From assembly GCF_016903815.1 (NCBI RefSeq), contig NZ_CP069973.1: a stretch of 64,000 nt of DNA. The stretch is one strand, 5' to 3'. The notes under the pieces are model-generated. The model had not been told where the DNA came from. It searched no databases and was given only the letters and a program-made list of their open reading frames with translations. The position numbers and the translations under genes are program-made. The number at the start of each line of letters is the position of its first letter. Position 1 is the stretch's first letter. Origin of the DNA: Escherichia coli (GTDB lineage Bacteria; Pseudomonadota; Gammaproteobacteria; Enterobacterales; Enterobacteriaceae). Below, one piece after another: positions 55,774 through 64,000 of this stretch.

Positions 55774-56541
55774 TTACGCCATCCCATCATGTTTATGTTG
55801 CTGTTGTGCGTGTTCCGTTTTGAACTCCGCCAGCAACCTTGCTTGCTCTTCAGTCAGAGCCAGGTTTTCCAGAAGTTCAGGTCTTCTAAGCCAGGTACGG
55901 CCCAGCGACTGTTTCAAACGCCAGCGACGTATCTCGGCATGGTTGCCCGACAGTAACACTGACGGAACTTCCATCCCTTCTAACACCTCAGGCCGCGTAT
56001 AGTGCGGGCAATCCAGCAATCCTTCAGCAAAGGAATCTTCCGTTGCCGAGGCTTCATGTCCCAGTACTCCCGGAATAAACCGGGAAACGGAGTCAATCAG
56101 CGTCATTGCTGGTAACTCACCACCACTGAGAACGTAATCGCCGATTGACCATTCTTCGTCAATTTCGGTTTGGATCACGCGCTCATCTATACCTTCGTAG
56201 CGACCGCACACCAGAATCAATTTTTGATTCGTTGCCAGTTCGCTGACGCCCGCTTGATCAAGCTTGCGTCCCTGTGGTGACAGATAAATCACCTTTGCGC
56301 CTTCACCCGCCGCGGCTTTTGCTGCATGAATGGCGTCCCGCAAAGGTTGCACCATCATTAACATCCCCGGTCCGCCGCCGTAAGGACGATCGTCCACGGT
56401 ACGGTGCCGGTCATGCGTGAAGTCGCGAGGACTCCAGCTCTGGATGCTCAGCAGGCCATTTTTAACTGCCCGGCCAGTTACCCCGTAATCGGTAATTGCG
56501 CGGAACATTTCAGGAAACAGGCTAATTATGCCAATCCACAT
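55774..56541 (-). CDS. trmD: tRNA (guanine37-N1)-methyltransferase
   Basis: 255-aa product, recognised TrmD sequence. Confidence 0.95.
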   Translation of the reverse strand: MWIGIISLFPEMFRAITDYGVTGRAVKNGLLSIQSWSPRDFTHDRHRTVDDRPYGGGPGMLMMVQPLRDAIHAAKAAAGEGAKVIYLSPQGRKLDQAGVSELATNQKLILVCGRYEGIDERVIQTEIDEEWSIGDYVLSGGELPAMTLIDSVSRFIPGVLGHEASATEDSFAEGLLDCPHYTRPEVLEGMEVPSVLLSGNHAEIRRWRLKQSLGRTWLRRPELLENLALTEEQARLLAEFKTEHAQQQHKHDGMA

Positions 56542-56571
56542 AGCGCCGTCTTTTACCGTTTATCCGGTGGT

Positions 56572-57120
56572 TTAAAAACCAGGATCCCAATCTACTTCGA
56601 TTGAACGAGTAGTGAGATCGACTTTCTTGATAACCTGCCCATCGAGGAACGGTACGAGACGTTCCTTGATACCAAACGCATCTTTCAGGTTTGCCTTAAT
56701 GACGAGAACATCATTAGATCCGGTTTCCATCATATCGACGACTTTACCGAGATCGTAGCCTTCAGTGGTTACTACCTGGCAGCCCATCAGGTCTTTCCAG
56801 TAGTAGTCACCCTCTTCAAGCTGAGGCAGCTGCGATGAATCCACGACAATTTCACAATTCGTCAGTAGGTTCGCCGCATCACGATCGTCAACGCCTTTCA
56901 GCTTGATGATCATGTCCTGATTGTGGTGCTTCCAGCTTTCCAGCTGGACTTGCTGCCACTGACCCGCCTTCTGGATAAACCAGGGCTGATAGTCAAAAAT
57001 GCTTTCGGCGTCTTCGGTGGAAGAAAACACTCTGAGCCACCCACGAATACCGTAAGACGAACCCATTTTTCCCAAAACGATGGGATCAACAGGTGCTTGC
57101 GCGGTGAGTTGTTTGCTCAT
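56572..57120 (-). CDS. rimM: ribosome maturation factor RimM
   Basis: Start chosen at [13 protein letters not shown] (track ORF 3 codons longer). Confidence 0.9.
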
Positions 57121-57138
57121 CATGACCACCGTGACAGA

Positions 57139-57465
<327 letters not shown>

Positions 57466-57635
57466 TTACTCATTTTTGCGGAAATTGCAATCAACAGTTG
57501 CTAACTCTGCTGTAAAAGGCCGTCGGCGGTGCAGCCAGTTTGGTGCCGGAGTGCGCGCAGTCACCGGAGCGTACACGCAGTACGTGAGGATGACGAGCAC
57601 ACCCCGGTGCCAAAATGGCAAACAAGCCAGGCCGA

Positions 57636-58997
57636 TTAGCGACCAGGAAATCCCGGCGGCATCATCCCTTTCATGCTTCTCATCATCTTCGCCATTCCGC
57701 CCTTCTTCATTTTCTTCATCATGCGCTGCATGTCGTCGAACTGCTTCAGAAGGCGGTTAACGTCCTGTACCTGCATCCCGCAACCGGCGGCGATACGACG
57801 CTTACGTGAACCTTTGATGATTTCTGGCTTAGCGCGCTCTTTCATCGTCATTGAGTTGATGATGGCTTCCATACGCACCAGCACTTTATCGTCCATCTGC
57901 GACTTGACGTTATCCGGGATCTGCCCCATGCCCGGCAGTTTGCCCATCAAGCTGGCCATGCCGCCCATATTTTTCATCTGCCGCAGCTGCTCAAGGAAGT
58001 CGTTGAGATCGAAGCCGTCGCCTTTTTTCAGCTTGCTGGCTAATTTCTCTGCCTGCGCGCGGTCAACTTTGCTTTCGATATCTTCGATCAGCGACAGTAC
58101 GTCGCCCATGCCGAGAATACGCGACGCGATGCGGTCCGGATGGAACGGCTCCAGCGTCTCAGTTTTCTCGCCAACACCGAGGAACTTGATCGGTTTGCCA
58201 GTGATGTGACGAATAGAGAGCGCCGCACCGCCGCGGGCATCGCCGTCCACTTTGGTCAACACTACGCCGGTAAGCGGTAACGCTTCATTAAATGCTTTTG
58301 CCGTATTGGCCGCATCCTGACCGGTCATGGCGTCAACCACAAACAGGGTTTCAACCGGGTTAATCGACGCATGGACTTGTTTGATCTCGTCCATCATCGC
58401 TTCGTCAACGTGCAGACGACCAGCGGTATCCACCAGCAGCACGTCGTAGAATTTCAGTTTGGCTTCTTTCAACGCCGCGTTAACAATATCAACCGGCTTC
58501 TGACCAACATCAGAAGGGAAGAAATCAACGCCCACCTGCTCAGCCAGCGTCTCAAGCTGTTTGATTGCCGCCGGGCGATAGACGTCGGCAGAAACCACCA
58601 GCACTTTCTTCTTGTGCTTCTCGCGCAGGAACTTACCGAGTTTACCAACGCTGGTTGTTTTACCGGCACCTTGCAGGCCTGCCATCAGCACGACCGCAGG
58701 CGGTTGCGCAGCCAGGTTCAGGGTCTGGTTCTCTTCGCCCATCGCCGCAACCAGTTCGTTACGGACGATTTTGACGAACTCCTGCCCCGGCGTCAGGCTC
58801 TTATTAACTTCATGACCAACCGCTTTCTCTTTTACGCGATTGATAAACTCACGCACTACCGGCAGAGCGACGTCCGCCTCCAGCAGCGCCATGCGCACTT
58901 CGCGCAGCGTATCTTTTACGTTGTCTTCAGTGAGGCGTCCACGGCCACTGATATTGCGCAGCGTGCGCGACAAACGATCGGTTAAATTATCAAACAT
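57636..58997 (-). CDS. ffh: signal recognition particle protein Ffh
   Basis: 453-aa product with GTPase motifs (GLQGAGKTT, DTAGR) and Met-rich C-terminal M domain. Confidence 0.95.
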   Translation of the reverse strand: MFDNLTDRLSRTLRNISGRGRLTEDNVKDTLREVRMALLEADVALPVVREFINRVKEKAVGHEVNKSLTPGQEFVKIVRNELVAAMGEENQTLNLAAQPPAVVLMAGLQGAGKTTSVGKLGKFLREKHKKKVLVVSADVYRPAAIKQLETLAEQVGVDFFPSDVGQKPVDIVNAALKEAKLKFYDVLLVDTAGRLHVDEAMMDEIKQVHASINPVETLFVVDAMTGQDAANTAKAFNEALPLTGVVLTKVDGDARGGAALSIRHITGKPIKFLGVGEKTETLEPFHPDRIASRILGMGDVLSLIEDIESKVDRAQAEKLASKLKKGDGFDLNDFLEQLRQMKNMGGMASLMGKLPGMGQIPDNVKSQMDDKVLVRMEAIINSMTMKERAKPEIIKGSRKRRIAAGCGMQVQDVNRLLKQFDDMQRMMKKMKKGGMAKMMRSMKGMMPPGFPGR

Positions 58998-59163
58998 TGT
59001 CTCTCGCCTGGGGTGGAAACGGTTGGCCGCAATCGCGACACATCATCAGTATTTTGCCGCAGTATAACATGAAGGCGTCTTTGTTGTTATGCAACGGTTG
59101 GAGCAGCGTTCACCTGACGCTATACTGCTTCTCTTTCTTATTGCTCAAACTGTCGACATCACT

Positions 59164-59955
59164 ATGCCCGTTTTTGCTCTGCTCGCGCTTGTCGCCTACT
59201 CCGTCAGTCTTGCGCTGATTGTTCCCGGTCTGCTGCAAAAAAACGGCGGCTGGCGGCGCATGGCTATTATTTCTGCGGTCATTGCGCTGGTCTGCCACGC
59301 AATCGCTCTGGAAGCCCGCATCCTGCCCGACGGTGATAGCGGACAAAACCTCAGCCTGCTGAACGTTGGTTCATTGGTCAGTTTGATGATCTGTACGGTA
59401 ATGACCATTGTGGCTTCTCGCAATCGTGGCTGGTTGCTGCTACCCATTGTCTATGCCTTTGCGCTTATCAACCTGGCGCTGGCGACCTTCATGCCCAATG
59501 AATACATCACTCATCTGGAAGCAACGCCTGGGATGCTGGTGCACATTGGCTTATCGCTCTTTTCCTATGCCACGCTGATTATCGCCGCCCTGTACGCGCT
59601 GCAACTGGCGTGGATTGATTACCAACTGAAGAACAAGAAGCTGGCGTTTAACCAGGAAATGCCGCCATTAATGAGTATCGAGCGTAAAATGTTCCACATC
59701 ACGCAGATTGGCGTGGTGCTGCTAACGCTCACGCTTTGCACTGGCCTGTTCTACATGCACAACTTATTTAGCATGGAAAATATCGACAAGGCCGTGCTCT
59801 CTATCGTGGCGTGGTTTGTCTATATTGTGCTGCTGTGGGGACATTATCATGAAGGATGGCGTGGACGTCGCGTCGTCTGGTTTAACGTTGCGGGTGCAGT
59901 CATTCTGACACTGGCCTACTTCGGCAGCCGAATTGTCCAGCAGTTAATCAGCTAA
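59164..59955 (+). CDS. ypjD: inner membrane protein YpjD (cytochrome c assembly family)
   Basis: Polytopic membrane ORF; start chosen at internal Met (MPVFALLALV); start uncertain. Confidence 0.75.
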   Translation: MPVFALLALVAYSVSLALIVPGLLQKNGGWRRMAIISAVIALVCHAIALEARILPDGDSGQNLSLLNVGSLVSLMICTVMTIVASRNRGWLLLPIVYAFALINLALATFMPNEYITHLEATPGMLVHIGLSLFSYATLIIAALYALQLAWIDYQLKNKKLAFNQEMPPLMSIERKMFHITQIGVVLLTLTLCTGLFYMHNLFSMENIDKAVLSIVAWFVYIVLLWGHYHEGWRGRRVVWFNVAGAVILTLAYFGSRIVQQLIS

Positions 59956-59999
59956 ACCCAGAAAAGGAGTTTCCCCTGGAACACATTTCTACTACTACG

Positions 60000-61262
60000 T
60001 TGATCATTATTCTGATCATCATGGTGGTCATTTCAGCCTATTTTTCCGGGTCCGAAACCGGAATGATGACCCTCAACCGCTATCGTCTGCGACATATGGC
60101 GAAACAGGGTAATCGCTCGGCCAAGCGCGTCGAAAAATTGCTGCGTAAGCCAGACCGCCTGATAAGCCTGGTATTAATCGGCAATAACCTGGTCAATATT
60201 CTTGCCTCCGCGCTCGGCACTATTGTTGGGATGCGTTTGTACGGCGATGCGGGCGTGGCAATTGCGACTGGTGTGCTGACTTTTGTCGTACTGGTTTTTG
60301 CTGAGGTATTGCCGAAAACCATTGCCGCGCTGTACCCGGAAAAAGTCGCTTATCCGAGTAGTTTTCTGCTGGCTCCGCTGCAAATTTTGATGATGCCGCT
60401 GGTCTGGTTGCTGAATGCTATCACCCGTATGCTGATGCGCATGATGGGTATCAAAACCGATATCGTGGTTAGCGGCTCTTTGAGCAAAGAAGAGTTGCGC
60501 ACTATCGTGCATGAGTCGCGCTCACAAATTTCCCGTCGCAATCAGGATATGCTGCTGTCTGTGCTCGATCTGGAAAAGATGACCGTTGATGACATCATGG
60601 TGCCGCGCAGTGAAATTATCGGTATTGATATCAACGATGACTGGAAATCGATTCTGCGCCAACTATCCCACTCACCTCACGGGCGCATCGTGCTCTACCG
60701 TGATTCGCTGGACGACGCCATCAGTATGCTGCGAGTACGTGAAGCCTGGCGGTTGATGTCGGAGAAAAAAGAGTTCACCAAAGAAACCATGCTGCGCGCC
60801 GCGGACGAGATCTATTTTGTCCCGGAAGGTACGCCCCTCAGCACGCAGTTGGTGAAGTTTCAGCGCAACAAAAAGAAAGTCGGCCTGGTCGTCAACGAAT
60901 ATGGAGACATTCAGGGGCTGGTGACGGTTGAAGATATTCTGGAAGAGATAGTTGGTGATTTCACCACGTCGATGTCGCCAACACTTGCCGAAGAAGTCAC
61001 TCCGCAAAACGACGGTTCGGTGATTATTGATGGCACTGCCAACGTGCGGGAAATCAACAAAGCCTTTAACTGGCATCTACCGGAAGATGATGCCCGCACG
61101 GTTAATGGCGTCATTCTTGAGGCACTGGAAGAGATCCCTGTCGCAGGCACCCGCGTGCGTATTGGCGAGTACGATATTGATATTCTCGACGTACAGGACA
61201 ATATGATTAAGCAGGTAAAAGTTTTTCCTGTGAAACCGCTGCGCGAGAGTGTGGCGGAGTAA
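60000..61262 (+). CDS. yfjD: CNNM/CorC-family membrane protein with CBS pair and CorC_HlyC domains
   Basis: 420-aa ORF; frame is open further upstream so the true start may be a non-ATG codon a few codons earlier. Confidence 0.8.
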   Translation: MIIILIIMVVISAYFSGSETGMMTLNRYRLRHMAKQGNRSAKRVEKLLRKPDRLISLVLIGNNLVNILASALGTIVGMRLYGDAGVAIATGVLTFVVLVFAEVLPKTIAALYPEKVAYPSSFLLAPLQILMMPLVWLLNAITRMLMRMMGIKTDIVVSGSLSKEELRTIVHESRSQISRRNQDMLLSVLDLEKMTVDDIMVPRSEIIGIDINDDWKSILRQLSHSPHGRIVLYRDSLDDAISMLRVREAWRLMSEKKEFTKETMLRAADEIYFVPEGTPLSTQLVKFQRNKKKVGLVVNEYGDIQGLVTVEDILEEIVGDFTTSMSPTLAEEVTPQNDGSVIIDGTANVREINKAFNWHLPEDDARTVNGVILEALEEIPVAGTRVRIGEYDIDILDVQDNMIKQVKVFPVKPLRESVAE

Positions 61263-61269
61263 CGAAAAC

Positions 61270-61293
61270 GGCCCTGCATTCGCATGCAGGGCC
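61270..61293. terminator. bidirectional terminator between convergent yfjD and grpE
   Basis: GGCCCTGCAT-TCGC-ATGCAGGGCC perfect 10-bp stem. Confidence 0.6.
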
Positions 61294-61316
61294 GTGAATT
61301 ATTACGAAAACAGAAA

Positions 61317-61943
<627 letters not shown>

Positions 61944-61955
61944 CTAACTTCGCTT

Positions 61956-61984
61956 ATTATGGGGATCAGTTTCAGGGTTTCAAG
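61956..61984 (-). promoter_or_regulatory. sigma-32 heat-shock promoter of grpE
   Basis: Minus strand CTTGAAA, 13 nt, CCCCATAAT. Confidence 0.65.
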
Positions 61985-62032
61985 GGAAGCACTCACATTG
62001 TCATCAATCTTCGCAACAAGGACCTCGGAAAA

Positions 62033-62911
62033 ATGAATAATCATTTCAAGTGTATTGGCATTGTGGGACACCCACGGCACCCCACTGCACTGACAACACA
62101 TGAAATGCTCTACCGCTGGCTGTACACAAAAGGTTACGAGGTCATCGTTGAGCAGCAAATCGCTCACGAACTGCAACTGAAGAATGTGAAAACTGGCACG
62201 CTCGCGGAGATTGGGCAACTGGCTGATCTCGCGGTAGTCGTTGGTGGCGACGGTAATATGCTGGGCGCGGCACGCACACTCGCCCGTTACGATATTAAAG
62301 TTATTGGAATCAACCGTGGCAACCTGGGTTTCCTGACCGACCTTGATCCCGATAACGCCCAGCAACAATTAGCCGATGTGCTGGAAGGCCACTACATCAG
62401 CGAGAAACGTTTTTTGCTGGAAGCGCAAGTTTGTCAGCAAGATTGCCAGAAACGCATCAGCACGGCGATTAACGAAGTGGTACTTCATCCTGGCAAAGTG
62501 GCGCATATGATTGAGTTCGAAGTGTATATCGACGAGATCTTTGCGTTTTCTCAGCGTTCTGATGGCCTGATTATTTCGACGCCAACAGGCTCCACCGCCT
62601 ATTCCCTCTCTGCGGGCGGTCCTATTCTGACACCCTCTCTGGATGCGATTACCCTGGTGCCCATGTTCCCGCATACGTTGTCAGCGCGACCGCTGGTGAT
62701 AAACAGCAGCAGCACGATCCGTCTGCGTTTTTCGCATCGCCGTAACGACCTGGAAATCAGTTGCGACAGCCAGATAGCACTGCCGATTCAGGAAGGTGAA
62801 GATGTCCTGATTCGTCGCTGTGATTACCATCTGAATCTGATTCATCCGAAAGATTACAGTTATTTCAATACATTAAGCACCAAGCTCGGCTGGTCAAAAA
62901 AATTATTCTAA
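62033..62911 (+). CDS. nadK: NAD kinase
   Basis: 292-aa product with GGDGN motif. Confidence 0.95.
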   Translation: MNNHFKCIGIVGHPRHPTALTTHEMLYRWLYTKGYEVIVEQQIAHELQLKNVKTGTLAEIGQLADLAVVVGGDGNMLGAARTLARYDIKVIGINRGNLGFLTDLDPDNAQQQLADVLEGHYISEKRFLLEAQVCQQDCQKRISTAINEVVLHPGKVAHMIEFEVYIDEIFAFSQRSDGLIISTPTGSTAYSLSAGGPILTPSLDAITLVPMFPHTLSARPLVINSSSTIRLRFSHRRNDLEISCDSQIALPIQEGEDVLIRRCDYHLNLIHPKDYSYFNTLSTKLGWSKKLF

Positions 62912-62930
62912 TTTTACGCCAGCCTCTTTA

Positions 62931-62968
62931 CTGTATATAAAACCAGTTTATACTGTACACAATAACAG
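62931..62968 (+). promoter_or_regulatory. recN promoter with two LexA operators (SOS boxes)
   Basis: CTGTATATAAAACCAG (62931..62946) and CTGTACACAATAACAG (62953..62968) just upstream of the recN ATG. Confidence 0.75.
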
Positions 62969-62996
62969 TAATGGTTTTTCATACAGGAAAACAACT

Positions 62997-64000
62997 ATGT
63001 TGGCACAACTGACCATCAGCAACTTTGCTATCGTTCGTGAGCTTGAGATTGATTTTCATAGCGGCATGACCGTAATAACTGGCGAGACCGGCGCGGGTAA
63101 ATCTATTGCAATAGATGCCCTCGGCCTTTGTCTCGGTGGTCGCGCTGAAGCCGACATGGTGCGTACCGGCGCTGCTCGTGCCGACCTGTGCGCCCGTTTT
63201 TCTCTGAAAGATACGCCAGCGGCCCTGCGCTGGCTGGAAGAAAACCAGCTTGAAGACGGTCATGAATGTTTGCTTCGTCGCGTAATCAGTAGCGATGGTC
63301 GCTCACGAGGTTTTATCAACGGTACAGCTGTTCCTCTGTCACAACTTCGCGAACTGGGCCAGTTGTTGATTCAGATCCATGGTCAGCACGCCCATCAGTT
63401 ACTCACCAAACCCGAGCACCAAAAATTCCTGCTTGATGGCTATGCCAATGAAACCTCTCTGCTCCAGGAAATGACCGCACGTTATCAGTTGTGGCATCAA
63501 AGCTGCCGTGACCTCGCACATCATCAACAGTTAAGTCAGGAACGCGCCGCCCGTGCGGAACTGCTGCAATACCAATTAAAAGAACTTAACGAATTTAATC
63601 CGCAGCCCGGAGAGTTTGAGCAAATCGACGAAGAGTACAAACGTCTGGCGAACAGCGGTCAATTGCTGACTACCAGCCAGAATGCATTGGCAGTAATGGC
63701 CGACGGTGAAGACGCAAACCTGCAAAGTCAGCTTTACACGGCTAAACAACTGGTGAGCGAATTGATTGGCATGGACAGCAAACTGTCCGGCGTACTTGAT
63801 ATGCTGGAAGAAGCTACCATCCAGATTGCTGAAGCCAGCGATGAACTGCGCCACTACTGCGATCGTCTGGATCTCGATCCCAACCGACTGTTTGAACTTG
63901 AACAGCGCATCTCAAAACAGATTTCGCTGGCACGTAAACATCACGTCAGCCCTGAGGCATTGCCACAGTATTACCAGTCGCTACTGGAAGAACAGCAGCA
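62997..64000 (+). CDS. recN: DNA repair protein RecN (3'-partial, runs off window end)
   Basis: Start [20 protein letters not shown] with Walker A GETGAGKS; frame open to the window edge. Confidence 0.9.
   Translation, partial: MLAQLTISNFAIVRELEIDFHSGMTVITGETGAGKSIAIDALGLCLGGRAEADMVRTGAARADLCARFSLKDTPAALRWLEENQLEDGHECLLRRVISSDGRSRGFINGTAVPLSQLRELGQLLIQIHGQHAHQLLTKPEHQKFLLDGYANETSLLQEMTARYQLWHQSCRDLAHHQQLSQERAARAELLQYQLKELNEFNPQPGEFEQIDEEYKRLANSGQLLTTSQNALAVMADGEDANLQSQLYTAKQLVSELIGMDSKLSGVLDMLEEATIQIAEASDELRHYCDRLDLDPNRLFELEQRISKQISLARKHHVSPEALPQYYQSLLEEQQ

Overview
This window is an E. coli-type chromosomal segment with two mobile insertions. Host backbone (gene names assigned by recognised protein sequence and K-12-like synteny): patZ/yfiQ (3' part), pssA, yfiM, kgtP, the rrnG-type rRNA operon on the minus strand (16S, tRNA-Glu, 23S, 5S, with P1/P2 promoters and terminator), clpB, yfiH, rluD, bamD, raiA, pheL-pheA with attenuator, tyrA, aroF with TyrR boxes, yfiL, yfiR, yfiN, yfiB, then rplS-trmD-rimM-rpsP, ffh, ypjD, yfjD, grpE, nadK and the 5' part of recN with LexA boxes. 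Insertion 1 is an IS3-family element (orfA/orfB with an A6C slippery site) of about 1.4 kb between kgtP and the rrn terminator. Insertion 2 is a P2/186-like prophage of about 31.9 kb (23534..55399) integrated into the last codons of rplS, with a 13-bp core repeat at both junctions. It runs int, CI-like repressor, apl/cII-like early genes, replication gene A, a LexA-boxed tum/DinI-like pair, a cos site, Q-P-O-N-M-L capsid genes, lysis genes, tail genes and ogr. The most interesting content is accessory cargo inside the prophage. (1) An A+T-rich island spans the cos site between the DinI-like gene and portal gene Q, carrying a 313-aa protein with an Rx4H (HEPN-like) motif and a 334-aa protein with an HExxH zincin-like motif; I read this as a candidate, uncharacterised anti-phage/abortive-infection locus. 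(2) A very A+T-rich membrane-anchored pentapeptide-repeat protein sits between tail gene S and the Ogr-box promoter of V, next to a tRNA-3'-end-like fragment. (3) A Hin/Gin-type invertible tail-fibre segment is present, but its invertase is a frameshifted, truncated remnant. (4) The CI-like repressor has a tandem duplicated HTH domain, and a small secreted protein lies between cI and int. No CRISPR array was found. All coordinates come from manual reading and carry a few bp of uncertainty; no database search or structure prediction was run.
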